Source: a virus
Reading direction: 5' to 3' (one strand)
DNA: 64,000 bases
IMG/VR virus record: IMGVR_UViG_3300013767_000112
Span: 439-64,438 of that record
The notes under the pieces are model-generated. The model saw only the letters and a program-made list of their open reading frames with translations. It had not been told where the DNA came from and did no database searches. Of this stretch, positions 38,040-47,406 are shown piece after piece. Position numbers and translations under genes: made by a program. How positions within the stretch are numbered: the stretch's first letter is position 1; the number at the start of each line of letters is the position of its first letter.

Positions 38040-40373
38040 TCAATGCTCACCCGGAAGGTTGTCGTCCGTGCGCGGCGTCTCGATGCCGCGTTGGGCGGTC
38101 GGCGCGTCGGTAGGCACCGGCGGGAATGTCGGACTGGTGTTCCGATGCACGGGCGTGGCCTCGCCTGCCTCTTCCGCGGCGTTGGCATCCTCCGGGGCGC
38201 CGGCACCGGCCGGGCCCTGGCCCTGGATGTACGGCGACTTGATGTTCATGGCCGCCGTCTGCGTCGCCACCGGGAAGTTCGGGTCGTCGCCCATGGGGTT
38301 GGGCCGCTGGTATCCGGCGCCCTGCATGACGGCATCAGCGATCGGGGCAATCATCGGCATCTGTGCGATCTGCGCACCTGCCTGCATCGCGCTGAATGCC
38401 GCCTGCACCCCGATCTGCACGGACGTCGCATCGATCTGCTTGATTTCGCTGTTGGCCTTGCGCTCCTTCAGCTCGAGTTCGCGTATCTTGATGTCATTGC
38501 CGGCCTTGGCCAGGGCATCGGCCACAGCCTTCTTGATGGCCTCCGCCTGCTGCTCCGGCGTGGCCTGCGTCTGCACGCTGCGGATGGCTTCCACCACGTC
38601 GCGCTTGAATGGCACGTCCATGAGGCTGACCAGGAACGGCAGCACGGCGGCCTGATATTCCGGCGGCATGCTCTTGACGGCCTCCGACATGGCGTTGAGC
38701 TGCTGGCCGCGGTAGCTGTTGGTACTCGGGACGTCGTCCACGGCCACCTTCAGGCGGGTGCGCTGCAGGTCGTTCGACAGGTAGGCAATGCCGGTAGCCG
38801 GGTCGACCTCCGGCGCGTTGATCACCACCGTGCGATCTGCCTTGACCGCATCGCCCTCGATGATGACCTCGTGCCGCGCCGTGCCCATGTCGGCGATAAT
38901 CAGCGACAGCAGCAGTTCGCCGACCAGCGTACGGCCACCGCGGAAGTTGTCCATGGGGATCGACAGGCTCTGGTTCGACTGCTCGACCTGGGTCTGCTCC
39001 TGGACGCCGGACTTCGCTGTGCCCTGTCGCCCCACAAAGCCGCTGGTGATGCTCGAAACCCGCTCGATGGTCTGGCGGTTGTCGTTCAGCATCTGAAAGT
39101 GCTGCTCGGTGAGCTGGTAGTCGCGCTTCACCTCGAACTTGGCGCCCTGCTGGGCCATGTGTGCGGCGTCCAGCACGATATCGGCATCCGGCCGCGCCAC
39201 CTGCCGGCGCAGTTGTGCGTCGGTCATGGCCACGGCGCCCTTGGTGCGCTCAATGCGGGTGACGCTCATACCCCAGCGCAGCTTGCTGTTGCCGCTGTTC
39301 AGGCTGTCCTGCGCGTACTTCATGCCGCGGACAAAGCCGTACGGCACGCCGGTGTTGTCCTCGCGGAACCCGAAGAATGGGACGTATGGGAAATGGCGGT
39401 GGCTATATGGCGACGGGCCGTCGTGCAGTTGATGCGGGCCCAGCCAGTAGGCGCGACGCACCCGGGTGACTGTTGCGTACTCCACCTGCGCCAGACCGCG
39501 CGCCACGGCGACGTTATGCGACAGGTTGTCGTGGTCAAACTCCACCACTCGGCCATCTGGCGTGCGGATGATGGGCACGCGCGCCCAGCGCCGGTACCAG
39601 ATTTCCGACACGCACAGTTCCTTGCTGGTCGGGTTGAACCAGCGGTCTTCCTGCATGGTCCACGCGCGCCCCTCGTTCCATGCGTTGGCCAGGCCGGTGC
39701 TGGTGCCACCGTCCATGCTCAGCGTGCGGTCTGCCCACCACAGCGGGCCATGAGTGCCGCATGACATGATCATTTCGGCGTTGTCCGGGAACACCAGCGC
39801 GATACGCTCCTTGGTCAGCCAGCGCTGCCGACGCAGCCACCTGGCCGCCGACCAGTCGTCGCCGCACTTCATGTCCCAGTGGATCTCGTTGCGGTGGATC
39901 GGCGTGCAGCGGTACGGATACTTGAACGGGTCCGACTCCTTGGCCACCTCCACCCAGCCGACACCGCATCCGATCTGTGGGCGGAACGCCTTACTGCACG
40001 CGCTATCAGCCTTGGACTCGCGCTCGGCCTGGTTCAACTTGAAGTTCAGGGCATCGGCCACGTCCTGCCCGCCGGGCTGGCCGTTCGGCGAGACGCGCCA
40101 GTCGCTGCGAATGGTCGCCTCGTAGCCCTGGATCGACAGAAGGGCCGGCCCGATCAGGTCTTCCACGGCAGGGGGAATGCCAAGCTCGGCCATCTTGCGC
40201 AGCAGCTCGCCGTCAAGCTGGTTGCCGTCGGCATAGTCCATTTCCTTGTCGGCAGTGCCGCGCCACCGCGGCTGCTCATCGATCTCGCGGTAGATTTCCT
40301 GGTATTCGAGCTGCGACAGGGGCTCGGTGCCGGCCGGAATGCGGTTGATGTCTTGCATGGTGGATGTCCTCAT
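38040..40373 (-). CDS. Portal protein (P22-like)
   Basis: 777 aa after TerL; YADGNQL, HFPYVPF, Q...N...SK, SGVQ motifs. Confidence 0.85.
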   Translation of the reverse strand: MRTSTMQDINRIPAGTEPLSQLEYQEIYREIDEQPRWRGTADKEMDYADGNQLDGELLRKMAELGIPPAVEDLIGPALLSIQGYEATIRSDWRVSPNGQPGGQDVADALNFKLNQAERESKADSACSKAFRPQIGCGVGWVEVAKESDPFKYPYRCTPIHRNEIHWDMKCGDDWSAARWLRRQRWLTKERIALVFPDNAEMIMSCGTHGPLWWADRTLSMDGGTSTGLANAWNEGRAWTMQEDRWFNPTSKELCVSEIWYRRWARVPIIRTPDGRVVEFDHDNLSHNVAVARGLAQVEYATVTRVRRAYWLGPHQLHDGPSPYSHRHFPYVPFFGFREDNTGVPYGFVRGMKYAQDSLNSGNSKLRWGMSVTRIERTKGAVAMTDAQLRRQVARPDADIVLDAAHMAQQGAKFEVKRDYQLTEQHFQMLNDNRQTIERVSSITSGFVGRQGTAKSGVQEQTQVEQSNQSLSIPMDNFRGGRTLVGELLLSLIIADMGTARHEVIIEGDAVKADRTVVINAPEVDPATGIAYLSNDLQRTRLKVAVDDVPSTNSYRGQQLNAMSEAVKSMPPEYQAAVLPFLVSLMDVPFKRDVVEAIRSVQTQATPEQQAEAIKKAVADALAKAGNDIKIRELELKERKANSEIKQIDATSVQIGVQAAFSAMQAGAQIAQMPMIAPIADAVMQGAGYQRPNPMGDDPNFPVATQTAAMNIKSPYIQGQGPAGAGAPEDANAAEEAGEATPVHRNTSPTFPPVPTDAPTAQRGIETPRTDDNLPGEH

Positions 40374-42001
40374 AGGCGCCAGTCAGGCGTATCCGCTTCT
40401 ACGTAGGTGTTAGATTTCGTGGTGGATTCGAGCAAGCCCAGTTCCTTGGCCTGTGCCCATTGCCGGAGCGCGTCGGCGCCTTCGCTGCAGCCGTTGCTCT
40501 TGTCCGGCTGGTCGATGAAGCGGTTATCCGCGCGGCTAAATTTCTTCCGGTAGCCCTCGATGCGGGTGATGCCCTTGGCGCAGCCGGTCTCATCGAAGTA
40601 CGCGCCCTTCAGGTGCTTCCGTGTCTGCTGTACGCCGGTGATCAGTTCGGTGATCCGCGGCACGATGATGAAAGTCTCGCCGGGCAGCAGGTCTTCCAGC
40701 ATCTCCTTCGTCGTGCGGTTGTAGTCGCTCAGGCGCTGGTGATTGGCGTCATGCGGCAGGTAGTGCCGGCCAAACACGTAGCCGCGGTCGCGCAGCTCCT
40801 TGACGTAGTGCCGCAGATCCTCGTTGTGCGCTTCGTAGTAGTCGATGAACCGGTCTTCGCTGCGCATCTCCTGATGGAACCAGACCGCGCAGCCGTCGCT
40901 GCGGCCAATGTCCCAGAAGGTGTTGACTGGCAGGTCCAGCCGCGGCACGCGCGTGATGCCACCGCGCTTGCGCAGCGCGATCATGTCCTTGGCGTAGTAG
41001 TTGCCCTCGGTGCTGATCTGGAACGCCTCAGCCGGGAAGCTGGGGTATTCCTGCCACATGCGCTCTTCCTTGCCCTTGAAGTCGGCGCGCTTCGTGGCCA
41101 CGTACCAGGCTCGCTGGTCCGGATCGATGGTGATGGCCTGGCCCATGTCGGCCAATACCTTGGCCTCGACCATGTCGAAGTACTCGTGCTCTTCGCGGGT
41201 GATCGCGACGGTGCGGGCGTCCAGGCGGTACTTTGGCTCCTGCCACCAAGCATAGAAGTGGAAGCGGTAGTCCTTCGGCGTCAGCAGCTTGCGGCTGGCG
41301 TGGTTCCTCTCGGCCGTCTCGACCATGTCGAAGAACTCGCCCTCCCGGCCCTCTGCCGTCGACTCGATCACCAGGATGCCGTTCGTCGGCACGGACGGGA
41401 TGGAGCCCGTCATGACCTCCTGCGCCTTGTCCGGGTACTTGGCGCAAATCTTCCCGAACTCGGAGACATGCAGGCGGTGGATCGTGCCGGACCGCATGGA
41501 CACGGCCACGCGGATGCTGCTGTTGTTGTGGGCAAACAGCAGTTCGGACTGGGAGTCGCGCGCAAGGGGGAAGCGCTCGCGAATCTCTTCGGGCAGGTTG
41601 CGGTAGGCAAACTGCACCTTGTCGCGGAAGATCGCCACCGCGGCCTGCAAGTCCTGCGCGATGATGCCGCACCGCTGGTCGGCATTGAACAGGGCGTGAT
41701 CCAGCCACAGGATGCAGATCAGGGTGGTGAAGCCAAGCTGCCGTGCCTTCAGGATCAGGTTGCGGTGCCACAGGCGCTTGATAAAGCGCCGCTGCGCGCG
41801 GTTGGGCTTGAACGGCAGGACGAACGACTCGCCCTCGATCACCTGACCATCCGGGCCGACCTCGTCGTCGCCCTTGATCATGATCTTGTACAGGCAGCCG
41901 GAGAACAGGCGCCATTCCGGGTCCGCGAGGCAGCGCGCCAGTTCCGCCGCGTCCGTAGGGAGCGGCAGAAGCGGCGTATCGTGCGTCACAGTGCCGGACA
42001 C
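40370..42001 (-). CDS. Terminase large subunit
   Basis: ILKARQLGFTT Walker A, LHVSEFG Walker B, ESTAEG, WDIGRSD nuclease motif. Confidence 0.95.
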   Translation of the reverse strand: MSGTVTHDTPLLPLPTDAAELARCLADPEWRLFSGCLYKIMIKGDDEVGPDGQVIEGESFVLPFKPNRAQRRFIKRLWHRNLILKARQLGFTTLICILWLDHALFNADQRCGIIAQDLQAAVAIFRDKVQFAYRNLPEEIRERFPLARDSQSELLFAHNNSSIRVAVSMRSGTIHRLHVSEFGKICAKYPDKAQEVMTGSIPSVPTNGILVIESTAEGREGEFFDMVETAERNHASRKLLTPKDYRFHFYAWWQEPKYRLDARTVAITREEHEYFDMVEAKVLADMGQAITIDPDQRAWYVATKRADFKGKEERMWQEYPSFPAEAFQISTEGNYYAKDMIALRKRGGITRVPRLDLPVNTFWDIGRSDGCAVWFHQEMRSEDRFIDYYEAHNEDLRHYVKELRDRGYVFGRHYLPHDANHQRLSDYNRTTKEMLEDLLPGETFIIVPRITELITGVQQTRKHLKGAYFDETGCAKGITRIEGYRKKFSRADNRFIDQPDKSNGCSEGADALRQWAQAKELGLLESTTKSNTYVEADTPDWRL

Positions 42002-42004
42002 TGA

Positions 42005-42910
42005 TCAGTCCTCGCCGTCGGCGGGCACGTTGGGCACCGGTCCAAACGCGCTCGGCGGGGTACCGGCGTGCTCCGGATCGTTCGCCACCGGCATGATGGC
42101 GTTGCCGTTGCCCTTGGCAATGGTGTGCAGAAGCGACGTGAGCGGGTCGGTCTTCTGCTCGTTGTCCTTCTCGTAGAGACCCAGGTGCTTGAACAGTTTC
42201 TCCATGGCCGCGTCCTTGGAGTGCATCTGGATCTCGATGCCGAACTTGGTCTGCTTGACGCCAGCGAACAGGGATTGCGCGGCGGCGGACAGGTGGCGGG
42301 TGTCCATCAGCACGACACGGGCAATGCCGCGGCCAGCGCATTCCGGGCATTCCGGATGGGGCTGGCTATTCGGGCTGAAGCCAATGCCGCCCGCTTCATC
42401 GAAGTGCTCCGACTTGTCCCGAGCTTCGGCCGCCAGCCATTCGTCATAGGCGCGGTCGCGCTCTGCCCTGGTGCGCTGGAACTGGTGTCCCTCGCCATGG
42501 CAGTAGCGGCAGCAGCCAATATGAAGCTGGGTCAGTTCCCGGGCGTCGGCCGTGACTTGGTTCCAGGCTTCACGCAGCACGCGGTCGGCGGTGATCTCGG
42601 TGCGTTCCTGCTGGCGCTTCCGGGCTTCTGCGATTTCTGCCTGAATGACAGGTTTTGACAGGTTCTCGGCGCCCTGCTGTCTCGCGGTCTTGGCGCTGTA
42701 GCCGGCACGGATCGCTGCCTGGGTGGCGTTGTTGTCCACCAGGTATTCGTCAACGAACCGCTGCTGCTTCGGGGTAAGGGTTTCCACTGCCGACTCATGA
42801 GCGTGGTCAGTGGCCGGGCGAGCAGAAGCCTTGGCAGCGCGCTTCTTGGCTGCCTGGGGCTTCTTCGCATTGGGTGTGGCGCGCTTGGGCGCCTTGGGTA
42901 CGCTGGCCAT
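42005..42910 (-). CDS. Terminase small subunit with Zn-binding insert
   Basis: LTPKQQRFVDEYLVDNNATQAAIRAGYSAKTA; CCRYC...CPEC. Confidence 0.92.
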   Translation of the reverse strand: MASVPKAPKRATPNAKKPQAAKKRAAKASARPATDHAHESAVETLTPKQQRFVDEYLVDNNATQAAIRAGYSAKTARQQGAENLSKPVIQAEIAEARKRQQERTEITADRVLREAWNQVTADARELTQLHIGCCRYCHGEGHQFQRTRAERDRAYDEWLAAEARDKSEHFDEAGGIGFSPNSQPHPECPECAGRGIARVVLMDTRHLSAAAQSLFAGVKQTKFGIEIQMHSKDAAMEKLFKHLGLYEKDNEQKTDPLTSLLHTIAKGNGNAIMPVANDPEHAGTPPSAFGPVPNVPADGED

Positions 42911-42918
42911 AGGCGGCC

Positions 42919-42961
42919 AGTCTTGGGATACAGGGCGGGAGCGTCCAGCCCTATAGGGGTA
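42919..42961 (-). promoter_or_regulatory. Putative late promoter F (terminase): palindrome 42947-42961, 22 nt, AAGACT
   Basis: TACCCCTATAGGGCT-N22-AAGACT, 8 nt before ATG 42910. Confidence 0.7.
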
Positions 42962-43203
42962 TGGGAAAAGCCGGGCTCGGTTGTAGTATTCTGAGCCGTC
43001 TGGGAGTCGTGCCTAATTGGTAGGCTTCCCGCGGGCCGGATGCCAGCACTGCACTGTGGTCACCGGCAGCTACCGGCCATAACGAGACACTCGCATCGCT
43101 TCGGCGAATGGCTGCTCGATGATTCATGACCAGACATCAGGCCACCCCCGAAAGTAGCGAGCGTTGCGGGCAGATCGAGCATAGCCGGCCATCCGAAATC
43201 TCA

Positions 43204-44406
43204 TTACCAGGCGTATCCCATCTTGAAGAGCAGAGCCTTGTTGCCTTCCTTGCCCACCGCAAACTCCATGTTGGCGACAATGCCCTGAGCCGGCTTGAGG
43301 ATGTACTGGATACCGGCCCCCACGTCTGGAAACCGGTTTGCCGAATCCGTGCAGCCGCCCCGGTTCGCTCCATACAGGCAAGCTACTCCGGCAAAAAGGG
43401 TGGCCGTCCAGCGTTCAGCCAGTTTATGGCGCTCCTCGATTTCCACAGAAGACATGTACTTGCCCAGGTATTCGCCCATCGTGTATCCGCGTAACACCAC
43501 AGGCGCATAGGCGCCAGAAGGGGCGTCGGCGGTCCACTGGTTGCTTTGCCGCACTGCGAGGACGTTGCCGTCTCCGTGGCTCCAGAACTGTCTGTAGTCA
43601 GCACGGTACACGCTGAAATTGCTGCTTCCCTCCAGTGCCTGGCGATAGGCGATATTGTTGACGTTGAGATACCATCCGCGCTTCGGTGCGTCGATCACGT
43701 CTCGTGAATCGTGGTTGACAATCAGGCCCACTCCGCCAGCCTTGAAACCGGTCAAACCAAGAAAGTTGATGAGGTCATCGTCGAGAGCCGTCTGCCCGAC
43801 GATCTGGTAGTTGGTGAAAACCGCCTGCGCGCCGATAAACCAATCGCCTTTGATGCGATACAGGTAGCGTCCCCCAAAAGCCCGTAAGATGTCGTCAGAC
43901 TTCAAGGGAGTACCAGTCCCAAGGAAGTTGTCATAGTCGTTCTTGATACGCCCGCCAACCGCAATTACGTTAAGCCGATGTTGATCGCGATCGAATGATG
44001 TGCGCGCGAAAATGGCCGCCGTTAGGGAGTTCGTGGAAGTGTATTGCGCACTCACGCCAAAGATGGACACCTGCGACTCCGCATCGAACTTTCGTACATA
44101 ACCGGCGAGGCCACCGAAAGCGGTACCGAGTTTGGGGTTGTTCGAGAACGTCGGCAACACAATCCAGGGTGATTGCGCTTTTGTCGGCTTTTGAGGTTTC
44201 GCCGACGGTTTCGCTTCCGCGGGCTCCTGAGCTGGTTGCGCGGAGTCCTTCGCTTCTGTTGACTCCTCCTCTTTGAGCAGATCTTCCTCGGCGTGTACCG
44301 TGGTGCAGGCTACGGCAAGCACGAAGCAGACTTGCAAAAGGCCGAGGACAGGACACACCCGGAGGCGCGGCTTGGCGATCACAATTGGCCTTTGCTGACT
44401 GTGCAT
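43204..44406 (-). CDS. Omp85/BamA-TamA superfamily outer-membrane beta-barrel without evident POTRA domains (start uncertain)
   Basis: Signal-peptide-like segment, amphipathic strands, LRGY loop-6-like motif, C-terminal FKMGYAW. Confidence 0.75.
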   Translation of the reverse strand: MHSQQRPIVIAKPRLRVCPVLGLLQVCFVLAVACTTVHAEEDLLKEEESTEAKDSAQPAQEPAEAKPSAKPQKPTKAQSPWIVLPTFSNNPKLGTAFGGLAGYVRKFDAESQVSIFGVSAQYTSTNSLTAAIFARTSFDRDQHRLNVIAVGGRIKNDYDNFLGTGTPLKSDDILRAFGGRYLYRIKGDWFIGAQAVFTNYQIVGQTALDDDLINFLGLTGFKAGGVGLIVNHDSRDVIDAPKRGWYLNVNNIAYRQALEGSSNFSVYRADYRQFWSHGDGNVLAVRQSNQWTADAPSGAYAPVVLRGYTMGEYLGKYMSSVEIEERHKLAERWTATLFAGVACLYGANRGGCTDSANRFPDVGAGIQYILKPAQGIVANMEFAVGKEGNKALLFKMGYAW

Positions 44407-44536
44407 GGCAGAGCACCCCTGCTCGTAAGCCGTACAGCGAAAACGGCGCCAGTCAATTTGGCCGACCCTGCATGCCGGTTGACGCCATCTGCCGTGCGGT
44501 GCTTGTGAGGACCTACGCGCACCTTCTCATGTTGCC

Positions 44537-44590
44537 AGCGGCAGTATATCTGATGCGGCAAGCGGCAGTATATCTGATGCGGCAAGCGGC
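44537..44590 (+). repeat. 24-bp tandem repeat, 2.25 copies
   Basis: AGCGGCAGTATATCTGATGCGGCA twice plus AGCGGC. Confidence 0.9.
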
Positions 44591-44783
44591 TTGGACTGCT
44601 CCAGAGTGGCCCGTACCGCAGGATGACGTACCGGCACGCCTGATGCCGACAGCAGACAGCAGACACCTAAGTACTATCCAGACGAATCGCCGAGGTGACT
44701 GGCGGCGAAATTTCGGCGCAAAATTGATCCCTAAAAGCAAATTGGGCACGGATGAAACCAGACAAAAGGAGGGTCTTTCAGAA

Positions 44784-45143
44784 ATGATACAGATCGATTC
44801 AATGCGGTTTCGCATCGCCAAGGCAGATCATGCGAAGGCACTGAAACTGTTCAAGGAGATACTGGGATATCAGCGTGCTCATCCTGAGCTGTATCACTAT
44901 TTCTTGACGCGCTCCTATTTTATGGATGCGCCCGACAATCCGGATCATGAGATATGGATGTTCCTGGACGAGTATGACGACCGCGAGGACTACATGAATT
45001 CACTTCAGAAAGCCCGCGCAACAGACCAGGCGAGTGCAGAAAACAATCGTCGATGGATGGAAATTGTCGTGCCGGGGTACGTGCCAAAGGACCATGAAGT
45101 GTGGACAGAAATGGAAGAACTAAGGGTTGATTTCAGGAAGTAA
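44784..45143 (+). CDS. Small alpha/beta-barrel-like protein (ABM/NIPSNAP-like)
   Basis: AAGGAGG RBS; 119 aa; F.I......A...F and W..L.EYDDRE.Y pattern. Confidence 0.6.
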   Translation: MIQIDSMRFRIAKADHAKALKLFKEILGYQRAHPELYHYFLTRSYFMDAPDNPDHEIWMFLDEYDDREDYMNSLQKARATDQASAENNRRWMEIVVPGYVPKDHEVWTEMEELRVDFRK

Positions 45144-45300
45144 TCGCGGCCGACTGCACCGGCCGATAGTTGGCGGGTGACAGTCATTCAGCAGAGTCAG
45201 GTCGAGTGGCGGAGAAGGGTCGGGAAGCGCCGATGAGGGACCGACGGGGCGGCCCCCTCGGGCACCACCCGCTTCCTCTCTAGCCAAGCCTAGACGCTAT

Positions 45301-45840
45301 TCACACGTTGTCAGCGGCTTCAGTACCCAGGCGAGGTAAGCCCGTCTGTGCCGGCTGCTGGCTGGGCGGGTTGCCGATCATCCCGAATACGCGGCCCAGT
45401 TGCCGTCGCATCTCCCGCATCTGCATGGACATCTCGTGGTTAGCGTACACCGCCTCGTGTCCCTGCTGGATGGCGACGAACTGCTGCGCAGCGCCAGCCA
45501 TGGCCTGGCCGACCATGCGTGCCTCCCGGGGCGACAGAATTAGCTTCTGTTCCCCCACCTCGAGCACGGTCGTTCCGTCAGGCAGGATGGATGTGTAGAC
45601 GCTACGGGCCGGCCGGTGCTGCTCGGCGGGCACGAATACCCCGCGCTGCACCCGGACGATGCGGCCATTGTTCTCCAGGTAGGCCAGCCGGTCGTCAATC
45701 TGCGTCTTCGTCAGATTCGTCAGCCCCTTTTGGGAAGACAGCGTCTCCCGGGTCACGATCTGCTCCTGAGCGTGCATGTCCTGGATGATCTCCAGCAGGA
45801 TGTCAGCGCTGGACTTTTCAGTATTGGCGATCTTTCTCAC
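45301..45840 (-). CDS. Winged-helix DNA-binding protein; candidate late-gene activator
   Basis: VTRETL...LTKTQIDDRLAYLENNGRIVRVQRGVF wHTH; last gene of the early-middle operon. Confidence 0.6.
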   Translation of the reverse strand: MRKIANTEKSSADILLEIIQDMHAQEQIVTRETLSSQKGLTNLTKTQIDDRLAYLENNGRIVRVQRGVFVPAEQHRPARSVYTSILPDGTTVLEVGEQKLILSPREARMVGQAMAGAAQQFVAIQQGHEAVYANHEMSMQMREMRRQLGRVFGMIGNPPSQQPAQTGLPRLGTEAADNV

Positions 45841-45887
45841 GGTCTTCCCTCAGTCTGCGGCGTTGATTCCGCTGTTTCGCGGACCCG

Positions 45888-46295
45888 TCATTCAAAAATT
45901 ACCCCGTAGGCCGTGGCGGCGTGTGCCTCGACCTCATTGATGTACTGCGCCATCGCGCCGACGGTGATTTCCCCGCGGGCAATGGATGGCTCGGCCAGGA
46001 TCACCCGGCCATCCGTCAGCCGCACTTCCTTCGGCGGCAGGAACTGTTCCTTCATGTGCTTGTGCCAGGTACGTCGGTTGAATCGCTGCCCGTCGACCAC
46101 GGCCTGAACGGCGATCGGCTCGATGACCGCCTTCCAGTAGAACTTCACCTGCTCTTCCAGTCGGTCTTCCCCGTCATCGGCCAGAATGACCCGCAGGGGG
46201 CGGCCGTCGCGCGCCATGGATGGGGCTGCCGCGCGCACTGTGGCCACCACCTCAGCCCAGTCCGCACGCCCGCGGAGCGAGAACTGGCGGCTCAC
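45888..46295 (-). CDS. NinB/YbcN-like protein
   Basis: EQ.KFYW, WHKHMKEQFL, M..YI..VEA.A pattern. Confidence 0.7.
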   Translation of the reverse strand: MSRQFSLRGRADWAEVVATVRAAAPSMARDGRPLRVILADDGEDRLEEQVKFYWKAVIEPIAVQAVVDGQRFNRRTWHKHMKEQFLPPKEVRLTDGRVILAEPSIARGEITVGAMAQYINEVEAHAATAYGVIFE

Positions 46296-46405
46296 TGCAG
46301 GTACACGTCGATCGGGCCCAGCTCGAGCACGGCGCGACCACGGGGCGCGCGCCAGTAGCCGAATCCCCAGCGGAGCGGGTTGAAACCGCGGAACTTGAAT
46401 CGCAT
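46292..46405 (-). CDS. Small hypothetical protein (37 aa)
   Basis: MRFKFRGFNPLRWG...; GTGA overlap with ninB, GGAGA RBS. Confidence 0.55.
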   Translation of the reverse strand: MRFKFRGFNPLRWGFGYWRAPRGRAVLELGPIDVYLQ

Positions 46406-46414
46406 GTCGTCTCC

Positions 46415-46933
46415 CTACGCCGCCAGCTCAAAGCGCGGCGTGCCGTCCCGCTGAACCTTCACCACGGCCCCGGCGGCGAGGCGGCGCAATGCCTCCTGAA
46501 TCGCGTGGGTGTATTGGCGCTTGGTGATCGTCTCGAGCAGTTGCTCGTACAGCGCGGCGCCATCGTTGACCGCAGGCAGCTCGCCGACCCCGAATCCCAG
46601 CCGGCCGAATCCCGGGCTATCGGGGTTCTTGCAGCGTTCGGCCACACCGATCATGGCGTTCTGAGCGGCATAGACCACCTCCATCCCCACTTCCTTGTTG
46701 CCGGCGCCCTCGCAGATCAACTGCGCCGTGTTTAGCGCGTTGACGATGGTGTGCCAGTCGTCGTGGATGGCGGTGCCCGTGGCCACGGAGCGGATGGCGC
46801 TATGCAGAGCAATCAGGATGCTGGCGCGGGTGGACTCCGGCAGTGGCCGGTCGCCGTCGAACAGCAGAACCGCGATATCGCGGCGGACCTCGCGCGGGCG
46901 GTATGCCTTGCTGCGCTTCTTTCTCGTGGCCAT
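46415..46933 (-). CDS. Hypothetical phage protein
   Basis: 172-aa ORF in the coupled operon. Confidence 0.7.
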   Translation of the reverse strand: MATRKKRSKAYRPREVRRDIAVLLFDGDRPLPESTRASILIALHSAIRSVATGTAIHDDWHTIVNALNTAQLICEGAGNKEVGMEVVYAAQNAMIGVAERCKNPDSPGFGRLGFGVGELPAVNDGAALYEQLLETITKRQYTHAIQEALRRLAAGAVVKVQRDGTPRFELAA

Positions 46934-46935
46934 GC

Positions 46936-47376
46936 TCAGAAATCCTCGCGTTTCCAGCCGCCGCCCTGCTTCTGCGACAGCTTCGTTGCCTTGATCATGC
47001 GGAAGTACGGCAGCACCTCAGCGCACAACTTGATCTTCATCTGCCCGTGCTGGGTCACGAATCCGCCCTTCGTCTCGTGGATGGCCAGACGCATGTCGGC
47101 ATGCAGCACCAGGAAGTCGACCTCGTAGAAGGTGTTGTCGGCCAGGCGCACCCGCATGGGGTGAAACTTCCAGTCGATAACCAGGCCTTGACGCTTCTCT
47201 TCGTCCAGCAGGACGGAATAGGCGCGCTCGGTCTTGTTCATCTGGTCCTTGGCCAGGCGGCCCAGCGCGTGGAAGCGCGCCATCGGGTCGGCCTTGGGCG
47301 CACGTGCTGCAGGTTTCGGCACACGCGCCTGGTGCGCGGCAAGCTGCTCGGGTGACCATCGGAGCATCTTGCTCAT
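46936..47376 (-). CDS. PD-(D/E)xK endonuclease (DUF1064-like)
   Basis: NKTE..Y, FYEVDF, IHETKGG motif. Confidence 0.7.
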   Translation of the reverse strand: MSKMLRWSPEQLAAHQARVPKPAARAPKADPMARFHALGRLAKDQMNKTERAYSVLLDEEKRQGLVIDWKFHPMRVRLADNTFYEVDFLVLHADMRLAIHETKGGFVTQHGQMKIKLCAEVLPYFRMIKATKLSQKQGGGWKREDF

Positions 47377-47406
47377 GCTAGGATCCTCCGAAAAGGGAGA
47401 GTGACC

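Noticed and set aside
19000-42900. Many plus-strand ORFs opposite the structural genes
   Set aside because: Shadow frames of the terminase, portal, capsid and tail genes.
43049-43064. CTG-N10-CAG possible LexA box (CTGTGGTCACCGGCAG; a similar match lies near 62925)
   Set aside because: GC-rich spacer, poor match to the AT-rich SOS consensus, no clear linked promoter.
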